A stretch of 64,000 bases of DNA from Chiloscyllium plagiosum (Eukaryota): assembly GCF_004010195.1 (NCBI RefSeq), contig NC_057749.1:25087248-25151247 (forward strand). The letters run 5' to 3'. Positions within the stretch are counted from its first letter, which is position 1, and the number at the start of each line of letters is the position of its first letter. The notes below the pieces were generated by a model. It did no database searches, was not told the DNA's origin, and worked only from the letters and a program-made list of their open reading frames with translations. Shown here in pieces: positions 13,854 to 27,019 of this stretch. Position numbers and translations under genes: made by a program.

Positions 13854-14579
13854 GTTTGTTTTTGTACCTGAGCAGCCACGGTTTTCTTACTAATACACAG
13901 GCCCTAATCCAATCGACTGCCGCATCGCCAATCCTTACTGCCTTGAGACAGATTATTTTGCATGGATCACACACTACTTTCATTTTGGATCTAGGGGGCA
14001 GTAAATGGTGCTGTAACTAGTCTAGAATGAATTAGACACACCTTGTTTTCAGGGGTCAAAGGCTTGTGGTTGTGCAGGATAACTTCAAGCAAGAATGGAT
14101 TATTAGACGAATTCAGTAAGTAAAACCGAGATTTTCTTTAAACACTAATGCATTGTATTTAATTGTTTGCTTTTATGTGCAGTGGTGCATTGCTTTAATG
14201 GGAGCTGTCTTGAAGATGGTGTTTCTTAAATGGGCTAGGGGGTGAGCTAATTTTAGACCCTTTTTTTTTATTCATTAAAGCCTAATGAAAAATGGCTCAT
14301 TTATGGCAAAAATTCACCAATTTGAACTTTCTACAGAGGTATATATTGTACCTAGACATAGCAGTCATCTATCTCTGAGCAATAAGAATAGAAACATTAT
14401 TCCCATTTTCTACTTTTTATGCTGGGAAATAATTGCTCTGTTTGGATGCACGGAAGATGAGGTAGGTTTTGTTAACTAACAGATGAAATGTCCTGGTTTG
14501 TTGAACTGCAATTAAAACTCAATACCTTTCCTCTTAAGGAATAAGAGTAGGGAAAGAGTATTTCCAAGTTGCATTTTGT

Positions 14580-14887
14580 AGATTAGATTCTCTACAGTGT
14601 GGAAACAGGCCCTTCGGCCCAACGAGTCCACACCAATCCTCCGAAGAGTGCCCCACACAGACTCCTTTCTCTCTGACTAATGCACCTAACAGTATGGGCA
14701 ATTTAGCATGGCCAATTCACCTGACCTGCACATCTTTGACTATGGGACGAAACCAGAGCACCCGGAGGAAACCCACGCAGACACTGGGAGACTGCGAACT
14801 CCACAGAGTCTCCCTAGACTGGGATCGAACCTGGGACCCTGGTGCTGTAAGGCTGCAGTGCTAACCACTGAGCCACCGTGGCACCCC
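14580..14887 (-). mobile_element. HE1-type SINE
   Basis: Head, core and tail as in the other copies. Confidence 0.88.
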
Positions 14888-15139
14888 TAATTTCCCACCT
14901 GCTTTGGAAAAGCAAAACTATATATACAGTTTTGTTACAGACCATTCTTATTTTACAGCTGTACTTTTGTAAAACTTCTCTGATTAGCTCCAAGATAGAG
15001 ATACCTCAAGTAGAAATGTTGATGCAGTTTAGCGCAATGGTTTGGACGACTGGTCAAATTGGAATGAATTGACTGCAATCTTTTAGACACCAAAACTGCT
15101 CTTAAGTCTGGACCTGCATGTCCTATGGAATGAGCTGAA

Positions 15140-15226
15140 AATGTGCTGCTGGAAAAGCGCAGCAGGTCAGGCAGCATCCAAGGAGCAGGAGAATCGACGT
15201 TTCAGGCATGAGCCCTTCTTCAGGAA
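15140..15226 (-). mobile_element. Penelope-derived short element with minimal hammerhead core (15194-15226)
   Basis: On -: CTGAAGA-A-GGGC tcat GCCT-GAAA-CG-TC followed by the family sequence GATTCTCCTGCTCC...CTGACCTGCTGCGCTTTTCCAGC. Confidence 0.65.
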
Positions 15227-15469
15227 ACACTTCCTGTCCTATTGGAATGTTAAATTTCAGCCATCTAAGAATTATTCTACTGCACTGCCATTCATTTTTG
15301 GTCTGCACACAACAATCTGAAAACAAGCCTAGGGCTAGCCCAGCAAAGGTTCAAATCCCTGAGCACATGGATCTCCATTTGAAAGACGAATGATGCTAGC
15401 TGGGAAAGCTTAGCTGTTCAGGCAGCAGAGGAACAGGACCGTCTCTGTTTAGAACACACAGCTCTTCTT

Positions 15470-15850
15470 CAGCTCTTCGTTCCTGATGAAGAAGAGCTTT
15501 ATGTTCGAAACGTGGACTCTCCTGCTGCCTGAACGGCTGTGCTTTTCCAGCACCACACTGGTCTCTGGTGGACCGAGGTCCGATTGCACCCTCCGACTGT
15601 ATGGCGTTGGCACGTTCTCCCTGTGTCTGCGTGGGTTTCCTCCTGGTTTTCTGGTTTCCTTTCTCAGACCAAAGGTTTGCAGGCTAGGTGAATTGGCCAT
15701 GCTAAATTGTCCAGGCATGTGCAGACTAGCTGAGTTAGCCATGGGAAATGTAGGGTTTCAGGAATACAGTATGGGGTTCAGTTTGGCCAGGCTGCTCTTT
15801 GGAGACTAGGGTCAATTGGCCTGCTTCCACATTGCAGGGGTTCTAGGATT
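15470..15850 (+). mobile_element. Penelope-derived short element followed by a diverged HE1-type SINE
   Basis: CTGATGA...GAAACGTG then GCTTTTCCAGCACCACAC; SINE core from ~15575. Confidence 0.65.
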
Positions 15851-16219
15851 CTGTGATGGTCCTTCATTCCATGTTTGAGCCTCTTTCCTTTTGCCTTTGA
15901 AAAGGCAGCAGCATACGAAGTATTTGCTGCTGCAACTAGATTTTATTCATGTCTGACCACGATGCTATAGCAAGTGGGAAGAATTGAGCTAGACTTTCCG
16001 ACTTCCATAATTTGCTTCATGATCTGACATTCTATTTTAACCATGACCATTTTTCTTGGATTTTTGGCTTTAAAGCCAAGCGGTGTGTAACTTGAGTTCC
16101 AATTTGGTACTTCTGATTTGATGCAGTTGGTGACTGTGGAGGGGAGAGACAGCAGTTTCTTATTGATTTGTGTATTTTGAGCCTGACTGCAGTCCAGCTT
16201 TCTGTCAGTTGTTTGTTAT

Positions 16220-16650
16220 CGAATACCCACAATGTGGAAACAGGCCCTTCGGCCCAGCCAGTCCACACTGACCCTGAGTGCCCCAACCAGGCCCACTCCC
16301 TGAACCTATCACTCTCTACATCTAGGAGAAAGTGAGGACTGCAGATGCTAGAGATCAGAGTCAAGAGTGTGGTGCTGGAAAAGCACAGCAGGTCAGGCAG
16401 CATCAGAGGAGCAGGAAAATTGGCATTTAGTTTTACCATGACTAATGCACCTAACCTACGCATCCCTGAACACTATGGGCAATTTAGCGTGGCCAGTCCA
16501 CCCTAACCTGCATGGTTTTGGACTGTGGGAGGAAACCCACATAGAAACTGGGAGAATGTGCAAACCCCACATGGTTGCCCGAGGCTGGAATCAAGCCCAG
16601 GTCCCTGGTGCTGAGGTAGCAGTGCTAACCACTGAGCCACCGTGCCACCC
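16220..16650 (-). mobile_element. HE1-type SINE interrupted by a Penelope-derived element (~16316-16420)
   Basis: SINE tail and head separated by GGAGAAAGTGAGGACTGCAGATGCT...GGAAAAGCACAGCAGGTCAGG. Confidence 0.8.
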
Positions 16651-17764
16651 ACATAACAAAAGTAATTTGCTCAAAAACTATTGGCAATTTAAAGACTCCA
16701 GTTCCTGTCACCTGGTTGTGGAAGTGCCTTTTTGATTGTCACATGTCCCAAGGGACACTGAAGTTTTTTGTGTGCAGTACAGGCAGATCATACCATACAA
16801 AGTGCATCAGGGTAATGGGACAAAGAGAGGAATACAATATTACAGCTGCAGAGAAGGCAAATAAAGAGTGAGGCCTAGAAGAGGAAATGAAGTGGAAATA
16901 AACTAAAAGATCCAATCCACTAATCCTGTAAATTTCAATATTTTATGCTTTGTCTCTAGCATGTGTAGTATTCCCTTCCTGATCGATCTTTCATGATATC
17001 CAATTTGAGACTCTGCTTTGGGAACAATGTGGAAACTGATCTGATCTGTTCCCCTCAATTTTGGCCCTTGAGCCCAGAAGATACATTTCAAATCTACTTG
17101 GCTTTCAGTACTACAAGGTTGCATTGTGTGCGCATCTGACCTGGTTGACTAGGGTCTCTCTGCAAGGCCGAAGCATTGGATCTAACTGCAGAAAACATTC
17201 CTGGTACAGTCTCAAATCTGCCTCTTCGGGCTCTCCCTGTTAAAGGAGGGGCCAGTTGCAGAGTGAACCCTGAAGAGGGCTAGAATTGCTCTTGTCCACT
17301 CTCTGCCCTGAGATAATTTTGTTACAGACCACGCAAGGTTATTTTGCACGTAGCAAGTGTAATGCTTTCAGATTTGATGGGTTTCTTTGTTCAATCTCAA
17401 ACTGCTGCTGTTGTCAGATGGATCACAGTTTGGCCTAAACGTGTTAAACGTGGCTGCACTGTGAACTAAAGTTGCTGATGAAATTTAAAGTTGCAAAATT
17501 GTTTTATGGTTTACCATTTGCTGGGTTATCCCAAACTTGCTTCAGATGTCTGCTACCCCCTTTGTCTTTTGTGCTGATTTTGAGGTGCACCTGATTGACT
17601 AATCTAGATGTGAGGTGAGATGATGCTGTTCATGGCCACTTGACATTCAGTTTACTTGGTGGTTGACCAACAGTATTTTGCTTTGGAAGTGCTTTTTCTC
17701 TTGTGGAAAATTGGAATCCAAATTCAGCCTCATTTACCTGGGATTCTAAAATCACTCTAGGGTA

Positions 17765-17945
17765 ATGAGGACTGCAGATTAGTGTAGAGTGTGGTGCTGG
17801 AAGAGCACAGCAGGTCAGCCAGTATCCGAGGAGCAGGAGAATCGACGTTTCCTTCAGGAATGAGGCTGGGAACTTCGGGGTGGAGGGATAAATGGGAGGG
17901 GGGTGGGGGGAGGAATAGGTGGATGGAGGTGGGAGCATGCTGGCT
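17765..17945 (-). mobile_element. Penelope-derived short element
   Basis: Same GGTGCTGGAA.AGCACAGCAGGTCAG family sequence plus a purine-rich extension. Confidence 0.6.
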
Positions 17946-18224
17946 GCTGATATTCTTACACATCCAAGAATAGAGAGAAATCTATTTCTAAATATTCACA
18001 CATTAGTAGGTTTTATTGCTGTTTTGACTTGCCTCAACTGAAGCTCCTCTTGAATGTCCATCTAAAATAGACCTGCGCACAGCTGCAGAGAATGCTAGGA
18101 GTTGGCATTATGCTTGGCATATTGCAGTTGGCTAGACAGTTGGTTTATGAAGCAGTGTGATGCCAATAGCATGGGTTCACTTCCTGCACTGGCTGAGGTT
18201 ACCATGAGAGAGAGCAGCCCTATG

Positions 18225-18500
18225 TTGTGGTGATATTCTGGGGGGCCTGGGTTTGAATCTTACCATGGTAGAAACTAAATTCAATAGAAACCAAATTTGG
18301 AATGGAGTCTAAGGTGCCTGTGCATCCATTATGGATTGTCAGTGGAAATAAAAAAAAAAATCTGGTTCACTAATGTCCCTTTTTAGGGAGGAAACTGCCA
18401 TACTTATCTGGTCTGGCCTACGTGTGACTACAGACTCTCAGCAATGTGGTTGACTCTTAACTGCCCTCTGGGCAATAAATGCTAACCAAGGCATCCCTCA
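18225..18500 (+). mobile_element. Deu-domain (SacSINE1-like) SINE; related decayed - strand copies near 13180-13265, 44175-44440 and 53670-53930
   Basis: CTGGTTCACTAATGTCC.TT.AGGGAGGAAACTGCC...GGTCTGGCCTACGTGTGACT...GCAATGTGGTTGACTCTTAACTGCCCTCTG; family assignment from memory. Confidence 0.5.
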
Positions 18501-19597
18501 GTTTTTAAACAAAGACTATGGCAACATGACAGTGAATTGAGTCTGTGTAGCTCATGGCAATACTTGAGAATGCTTGATTCAAGCAAAATACTTTGGTTCT
18601 GGAAGTTTGAACATTTTAAAATTATTTTTGACTGGAGAGAGGAACAGAATGAATATTCAAACTCCCAGTTTGGATAGACATGTTGTGCAGAGATATTGGT
18701 GGAGGGCATCTAGTGGGGGGAAGATTGGAACTACTCGAGTAATAATTGATCTTATGGAAAAGTCGGCCCCCTATTTTTGGCCAAATAACCAGGAATTTTC
18801 CATACATCTCATGTAAAAGGCAACCCTTGTTCTTTACAGGTAACTGATTAACATTTGAGTCATTGTGCTGGCCGTCACATCCCACTCCAGATTTCCAGTC
18901 TGTCGGTGGTTCTGCTCCGTTCAACCTGCTGGCTGTTGTGTTCCACTCTGCGTTTTCAGAATTACCAGAATTCATTTTTTCCCTCTTTGTTTAGAAATCA
19001 GTTGGTATGGTATGAATTGTGATAGCATGAGTTTTGACCCCTTAAATAGCAACCATACAATAGTCGACCCTATAAATTTAACCTTAAAAAGTAGTCAAAA
19101 ACATTCAGCAATTACTGTAGTATATATGGTATGTATTAGAAGTGGTGCTGGAACAATGGTTTGAGTGGACTCCTTCTGCACTAATGCTTCTGTGAATATA
19201 ACCTTGCCTCAGAAACTTGCATATCCGAATTGGGATGTATAGTAGAGCAACTTGCAAATCATTGCCTGGCTTTTTTTTTGAGCTTTCGCAGTCCACCTTC
19301 ATACTGGCCATGTTTACTCGCCCCATTCACTAACCCTGAGCCCAGCTCATTTGTGGAAAACATTTTCAACTCCGGGTCGCTTGAGGTAACTCCGTTTCAA
19401 CTGCTAGTTCTTTCACTGATTTTTATCCAGCTGTTATGAGAAATGCAAGTTTTGTCTGCAACACCTGGATTCTGCTCTTCAGAAGCTGCACTGGCTAAGT
19501 CCACCTCTTACTTTCAAACACATTCTAAATTTTGGTGTCCTTGTAATAGCTCACCCAGGTCGCCTTCACCTTGCTGTTGAGTCTCCGTTAACTGCCA

Positions 19598-19711
19598 ATT
19601 CAGCAACACCTCCGTTTGAATATGGAGGATCCTCAGTGGCATTTGATCGCAAAGGCCTGATGCTTGGTTAAACTGTTATCTGACGTTCAGATAAACGGGG
19701 ATTCCTCTGTA
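19598..19711. mobile_element. pogo/Tigger-like MITE fragment, same family as 1219-1365
   Basis: Terminus GGGATTCCTCTGTA is the reverse complement of TACAGAGGAATCCC. Confidence 0.45.
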
Positions 19712-19804
19712 CTTTTTTTTTCCAAAACCCTCCAAAGTAACCAACCTCCGTCAATATTATTTCCTCCAGCCCTACAACACTCCAGAATTGTACTCCTGAT
19801 TCTA

Positions 19805-19986
19805 TCTAGGAGAAAGTGAGGACTGCAGATGCTGGAGGTCAGAGCTTAATGTGTTCCTGGAAAAGCGCAGCAGGTCAGGCAGCATCAAAGGAACAGGAGA
19901 ATCGATGTTTTGGGCATAAGCAACGTCGATTCTCCTGTTCCTTAGCTGCCTGACCTGCTGCGCTTTTCCAGCAACACATTTTTAAG
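19805..19986. mobile_element. Palindromic (fold-back) Penelope-derived element with 12 bp target-site duplication
   Basis: CTCCTGATTCTA at 19793-19804 and 19987-19998; internal inverted arms of ~65 bp. Confidence 0.75.
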
Positions 19987-20234
19987 CTCCTGATTCTAAC
20001 CATCTACATGTTCCTGAATTTAATCTATTGGCAGCTTTACCTCCAGCTATCTAAGTGCTAGGCTCAAATTTGCCCTTTACCCCTCACTTTCTTTCTAGGC
20101 ACTTCATAATCCTTGCCTGTTAAGTCTCCTTGCTGTATTTTTTCAATTTTTTTTTTTGAAAAAATGTTTTTTCAAACTTTTGAAATGCTTGGGTAGCATG
20201 TCTATTTTACTGCAGTTAAGAACACAACACAGAT

Positions 20235-20580
20235 TGGGTACAGAAACATAGAAAATCAGTGCAAGAGTAGGCTCCTTTTTTAAGCCTGGACCATCATTCA
20301 ATGATGGCTGATCATGCAATCTCAATATCCCACTCCTGCTTTCTCTCCATACCCGTGGATCCCTTTAGCCCCAAGGGCCATGTCCAGCTCCCTCTTGAAC
20401 CTATGTAATGAACTGGCCCCAGCAGCTTTCTGTGGGAGAATTCCATAGGTTGAGCTTCCTGAGTGAAAATATTCTTCCTCATCTCCGTCCTCAAATCACT
20501 GCCTTACCCCTTTATCCTTAGACTGTGCCCCCCTGAGTTCTGGACTTCCCCAACATACTATCCGCATCTAGCCTCTCCAG
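20235..20580 (-). mobile_element. L2/CR1-group LINE 3' end
   Basis: RTEMRKNIFTQ relic and GATCAGCCATCATTGAATG-type tail. Confidence 0.65.
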
Positions 20581-21399
20581 TCCAGATTTTGTCAGATCTC
20601 CCTGCTGCATTCCCCCCCCCCCCCCCCCCCCCCCCCAACCCCTCAGATTGTACAAACCAGTCTGTCTTTCTACTATCCGGAGAATCAGTCTGGTGAACAC
20701 TTGAGTTCTCTAAAGAAAACCAGGAGGGATAGAGTTCCAGTAGCAGTAAGAAGTGGGCCATTTCTCCTCCTCCTCCTCCCCACTCCTAAAAAGACATTCT
20801 CTGTTTTAAACTGTTTCTTTCTTTGCCTCAATCTGTGCTGTCTTTTTGAAGCTAATTTAGTTTTGGATCTGCATCTGATCAGAGTTAAATAGCTCATTTT
20901 CTGTAACTATCTGAAGTTCATCTCAATGACTTCAGCAGCTTGCACTCCTAGATACTTTTGGATTGAGTAACTGTTCAATTGAAGGGTCTTGTTGGGAATG
21001 TTCCCTGTCATTTGAAAGCTTCCACTGTTGAGATTTTTTTTTTAACGATGAGAATCTCTGTGGAGTTGGAGAAATCTGCTTGAAGTTGCTGGTTACAGAA
21101 TTGTCAGACCACCATGGTTTGTTTGTTTGTTTGTGATGAGCTGTTTGGAGATTTTATTTTTGAGAAGGGTGCTTTGAGTTGGATTGGAGTAAGAATTGCC
21201 TTTGTGTTTCTCCATGGGTAACAAGAAGGTATGCTTTTGAAAACCAATTACCTCCTTATGCTGGAGCAGTGCACTTTGCCAACTTTAGAAATTAAAATGT
21301 GTCGCCTGAACTACAAATCTGAAGCTGATTTTTCTTTTTTTCCCTTGAGAATTTTTGAGTTGATGCTGTGATCCATTCCTGTATTAATGGATTAATAAT

Positions 21400-23110
21400 A
21401 GTCATACAGCATGGAAACAGACCCGTCGGTCCAACCAGTCCATTATCCCAAATTAAACTAGTCTCGATTTGAACTGGGGTGGACAAAGTTAAGAGTCTCA
21501 ACACCAAGTTATAGTCTAACAGGTTTATTTGGAAGCACGAGCTTTCAAAGTGCTGCTCCCTCATCAGGTGGTTGTGGAGCAGAATCATAAGACACAGAAT
21601 TTATACTGGTCTCACCTGCCCGTGCTTGGCCAATATCCCTCCAAACACTCTTTTTATTGATGAATGTATCTAGATGTCTTTTTAACTGTAATTATACCCC
21701 CATCCACCATTTCCTCTGGAAGTTCATTCCACACACAAACCACCTTTTTTAAAAAAAAAATTGCTCATGTCTCTTTTTTTTTTTAAATCTCTCTACCTTA
21801 AAATATGCCCCCTAGTCTTGAAATCCCTCACACTAGGGAAAAGACAACTATCATTCACCTTTTTTTAATATAAATCGTGAGGAATACAAATCTGAGGACA
21901 CCCCCTAAACCTACGTTGAAGTGAAAAGGTCCAAGCTCCAAACCCTCCATTCCTGGCAACATCCTGATAATTCTCATCTAAATCCTTCCAGCTTTAATAT
22001 CTTTCCTACAACAGGATGACCGGAACTGGATGCAGTATTCCAGAAGAGGCCTCACCAAAGTCCTGTGCAACCTCAGTGTAACATCCCAACTCCTCTACTC
22101 CGACCTGAGCAATGAAGGCAAGTGTGCTAAACACCTTAACCATCCGATCTATATGTGATACAAACTTTTAAAGAATTAATAATTGAACCCCTAGGTCTGT
22201 TTTACGACACTATCAAAGGCTTTACTTTTAATTGTACAAGTCTTGCCCTTGTTTATTTTAACAATGTAATACCTTGTGTTTAGCCAAATTAAACTCCATC
22301 TGCCACTTCTCAGCCCATTGACCCAATTGATCGGGTCTTTTTAATCTTGAATAACCTTCACTGTCTACTATACCACCAAGCTTGGTGTCATCCGCAAACT
22401 TACTAACGATGTTTTCTATCTTCTCTCAATCATTTATGTACATGACAAACGGGGACCCAGCACTGATCCCTGCAGAATGCTGTTGGTCGCTGGTCTCCAG
22501 TCTGAAAAACAACCCTCTACTATCGCTGTCTCGTTTTTAAGCCAATTTTGTATCCAATTGTTTGGCTCATCCTGAAACCCATGTGATCTAACTTTACTAA
22601 TTAAGCTACCGTGTGGAACCTTGTCAAAAGCTTTAGTCAAGTCCAAATAAACTGCTGACCACTCTGCCCTCATCAATCATTTTGCTTGCTTCCTGAAAAT
22701 ATAACTCCAATTTGAGACACTGTTTCCCTTGCACAAAATCCTGCTGACTCTCTAATTATCCCTTTCCTCACAGCACCAGGAACCCAGGTTCAATTCCAGC
22801 CTCTGGCAACTGCAAACTCCACCACAGACATTCTCCCTGTGTCTGCGTGGGTTTCTTCCGGATGCTCTGGTTTCCTCCCACAGTCCAGAAATGTGCAGGT
22901 TAGGTGAATTGGCCATGCTAAGTTGCCCATAGTGTTCAGGGATGTGTAGGCTAGGCGCATTAATCAGGGGAAATGTAGGGTAATAATGGATGGGAATGGG
23001 TCCGGGTGGTGTGGTGTTCTGAGGGTCAGTGTGGGCCTTGTGGGCCAAATGGCCTGTTTCCCCACGGAATCTGAAAGGCATACAAATCCATCTTTCAGAA
23101 TCACTTCCAA
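21400..23110 (-). mobile_element. Decayed CR1 LINE with nested Penelope-derived element (~21467-21604) and HE1 SINE (+, ~22768-23075)
   Basis: YLDLTKAFDKVPH and QGSVLGP RT relics; the nested insert is flanked by ACTAGTCTC/ACTGGTCTC. Confidence 0.85.
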
Positions 23111-23974
23111 CAACTTTTCACCTTGAAGTCAGATTCTCAGTTAGTAAATAACTACAATATACTTTCATTTAACTGCCCTATGCTTGATGGTCTGGAATAA
23201 ATCTTGTGTGGCTCAAGGCACAGTTTGGCTTGAAGCACTATAGAAATGATCCAGACGGTGTCTTTTTAGCTGAGGACCTACTTGGCTGGGAGTGTGGTTG
23301 GATAAACACCTGGTGAATTCTGGAGCTGATGTTTGCAGATACAATTCCCTAATTTGTTTAGACACATGAACGACCTCCAGGGTTAAAGTGACTCTTGAAC
23401 TATTAAATTTTGTTAGGCTCTTAATATACGTGAAACCAAATATTGCACTACCTGCCAAATTTCCAGAGATGGCAGAAGCTCATGAAATGAAATCTGTTAA
23501 AGATTTACCTACACCAGCAGAAGGAATGGCCTGATCCAAAATCCTGCTGGATTAAAGTGCACACCTCAAATTCAAATAGAATATTTTGTGTAAGTGTCTT
23601 GCTAGAGTAAAATTTGTAAAGCGCTCTAACTCCTCCTCACGCTGACATCGCTGAAAATGAATTTGTGGTATCCTTTTTCTTCAGACCTTTGTCTAAAAAT
23701 AATCTCAAATCTTGACCCTTTCCAGAGACCCAAGTCCTTTCAAGGTGATCCCTAAGCTTTTTAAAAAAGTAAGGTGTACTTCTGTAAGACTCCAAAACAA
23801 ATTTGAAACCAGTTGTCATGGTAATTAAAAGCAGCAGACCAAAGGATAGTGTTTCAAGGCTTCAGGCAATAATGACAGCAGTTTTTTGATCTGGTTTTTT
23901 GATCTCTTCATTAAGAGACTGTGAAAGCTGATAAACTAATGCTTTTGGAGGTTTCACTGCGATTGGCAAAAGTA

Positions 23975-26560
23975 GTGAGGAAAGAGATCAATCTGAGACT
24001 GGTACAGTTGAGAACAGAAAGGAGTCAAACAGGCAGGGACAAGGTAAGACGAAAAACTAAACTGCATTTATTTCAATGCAAGGGGCCTAACAGGGAAGGC
24101 AGATGAATTCAGGGTATGGTTAGGAACATGGGACTGGGATATCATAGCAATTACGGAAACATGGCTCAGGGATGGGCAGGACTGGCAGCTTAATGTTCCA
24201 GGATACAAATCCTACAGGAAGGATAGAAAGGGAGGCAAGAGAGGAGAAGGAGTGGCCTTTTTGATAAGGGATAGCATTACAGCTGTGCTGAGGGAGGATA
24301 TTCCAGGAAATACATCCAGGGAAGTTATTTGGGTGGAACTGAGAAATAAGAAAGAGATGATCACCTTATTGGGATTGTATTATAGACCCCCTAATAGTCA
24401 GAGGGAAATTGAGAAACTTGTAAGGAGATCTCAGCTATCTGTAAGAATAATAGAGTAGTTATGGTAGGGGATTTTTAACTTTCCAAACATCGACTGGGAC
24501 TGCCATAGAGTTAAAGGTTTTAAATGGAGAGGAATTTAAGTGCTACAAGACAATTTTCTGATTCAGTATGTGGATGTACCTACTAGAGAAATGCAAAACA
24601 TGACCTCTTGGGAAATAAGGCAGGGCAGGTGACTGAGGTGTCAGTGGGGGAGCACTTTGGGGCCAGCGACCATAATTCTATTCGTTTTAAATTAGTGACG
24701 GAAAAGGATAGACCACATCTATAAGTTGAAGTTCTAAATTGAAGAAAGGCCAATTTTGACAGTGTTAGGCAAGAACTTTTGAAAGCTGATTGGGGACAGA
24801 TGTTCTCAGGTAAAGGGACGGCTGGAAAATGGGAAGCCTTCAGAAATGAGAACGAGAATCCAGAAAAAGTATATTCCTGTCAGGGTGAAAGGGAAGGCTG
24901 GTAGGTATAGGGAATGCTGGATGACGAAAGAAATTGAGGGTTTGGTTAAGAAAAAGAAGGAAGCATATGTCCGGTATAGACAGGATAGATCGAGTGAATC
25001 CTTAGAAGAGTATAAAGAAAGTAGGAGTATACTTGAGGGCAAAAAGGGACATAAAATAGCTTTGGCAAATAGAATTAAGGAGAATCCAAAGGGTTTTTAC
25101 AAATATATTAAGGACAAAAGGGTAACTAGGGAGACAATAGGGCCCCTCAAAGATCAGCAAGGCGGCCTTTGTGTGGAGCTGCAGAAAATGGGGGAGATAC
25201 TAAATGAATATTTTGCATCAGTATTTACTGTGGAAAAGGATATGGAAGATATAGACTGTAGGGAAATAGATGGTGACATCTTGCAAAATGTCCAGATTAC
25301 AGAGGAGAAAGTGCTGGATGTCTTGAAACNNNNNNNNNNNNNNNNNNNNNNNNNNNNNNNNNNNNNNNNNNNNNNNNNNNNNNNNNNNNNNNNNNNNNNN
25401 NNNNNNNNNNNNNNNNNNNNNNNNNNNCCCCATAGGAGACTGATTAGCAAGGTTAGATCTTATGGAACACTGAGAACTAGCCATTTGGATACAGAACTGA
25501 CTCAAAGGTAGAAGACAGAGGGTGGTGGTGATGGGGTTGTTTTTCAGACTGGAGGCCTGTGACCAGTGGAGTGCTACAAAGATTGGTGCTGGGTCCTCTA
25601 ACTTTTTGACATTTACATAATTATTTGGATGCGGGCATAAGAGGTACAGGTTAGTAAGTTTGCAGATGACACCAAAATTGGAGGTGTAGTGGACAGCGAA
25701 GAGGGTTACCTCAGATTACAACAGGATCTGGACCAGATGGGCCAATGTGCTGAGAAGTAGCAGATGGAGTTTAATTCAAATAAATGCGAGGTGCTGCATT
25801 TTGGGAAAGCAAATCTTAGCAGGACTTATACACTTAATGGTAAGGTCCTTGGGAGTGTTGCTGAACAAGAGACCTTGGAGTGCAGGTTCATAGCTCCTTG
25901 AAAGTGGAGTCGCAGGTAGATAGGCTAGTGAAGGTGGCGTTTGGTATGCTTTCCTTTATTGGTCAGAGTATTGAGTACAGGAGTTAGGAGGTCATGTTGC
26001 GGCTGTGCAGGACATTGGTTAGGCCACTTGGAATATTGTGTGCAATTCTGGTCTCCTTCCTATTGGAAAGATGTCGTGAAACATGAAAGGGTTCAGAAAA
26101 GATTTACAAAGATGTTGCCAGGGTTGGAGGATTTGAGCTGTAGGGAGAGGCTGACCAGGCTGGGGCTGTTTTCCCTGGAGCGTCGGAAGCTGAGGGGTAA
26201 CCTTATAAAGGCTTACAAAATTGAGGGGCATGGATAGGATAAATAGGCAAAGTCTTTTCCCTGGGGTCAGGGAGTCCAGAACTAGAGGGCATAGGTTTAG
26301 GGTGAGGGGAAAGATATGAGAGACCCAAGGGGCAGCTTCATGCAGAGGGTGGTAAGTGTATGGAATGAGCTGCCAGAGGAAGTGGTGGAGGCTGGTACAA
26401 TTGCAAGATTTAAGAGGCATTTCAATGGGTATATGAATAGGAAGGGTTTGGAGGGATATGAGCCAGGTGCTGGCAGGTGAGACTAGATTGGGTTGGGATA
26501 TCTGGCAGGTGTGGATGGGTTGGACCGAAGGGTCTGTTTCCATGTTTTGCATATCTATGA
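23975..26560 (+). mobile_element. Relatively young CR1/HER1 LINE ORF2 (APE endonuclease, linker, RT, 3' tail); frameshifted, contains an assembly gap
   Basis: LLGLYYRPPNS and VGDF.F endonuclease motifs, IKENPKGFYKYIK linker, [17 protein letters not shown], tail at ~26560. Confidence 0.95.
25330..25427. other. Assembly gap (98 N)
   Basis: Run of N inside the CR1 element. Confidence 1.
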
Positions 26561-27019
26561 CTTTATATGGAGATGTTTTACCCCAAATTGTTCCAAATTT
26601 TCAAGAGCCAAAGAACTGAAACCTCTATCAACACAAAACTTTGAAGGTATTGGACCAAGTTGAAGCCTTCCTAAGAGGGGAAAAAATGCAGACTGGAACC
26701 CTGGTTTTATTTTTTTGGTTTAAAAAAAGCCCCACAAGATCGCAGAAGCGGAGATATTTACATGAGTGGTCCCCTCTAGAGGCCGTTTTTTTTTTTTTTG
26801 AGGAAGAGTATCAGGGTTTCAGAGGGCTGAGTGCAACTTTCCTAGAATAAGACGAGAGAAGTTGGCAGCTGTCTCTTTTCATGAGTAAAGGCAGTGAAGA
26901 GAAGGGTTAATTGAGAGTTTCAAATTCAGGAGTTGCTCTTCATGAAGCAAATGAGAAACTTTATTGCAAATGTGACAATAGCCAGGTCTGCCAGAGGTAC
27001 AAGAAGTGGAAGCTAACTG

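Noticed and set aside
15481..15515. Active sense-strand hammerhead
   Set aside because: The cleavage triplet is GTG (G is not cleavable) and stem II is disrupted.
15905..15933. GCAGCAGCA...TGCTGCTGC hairpin with miR-15-like AGCAGCA
   Set aside because: Too short for a pre-miRNA and low complexity.
24846..25511. Longest ORF (221 aa) as a host gene
   Set aside because: It is CR1 ORF2 linker sequence, is inflated by the N gap and is frameshifted on both sides.
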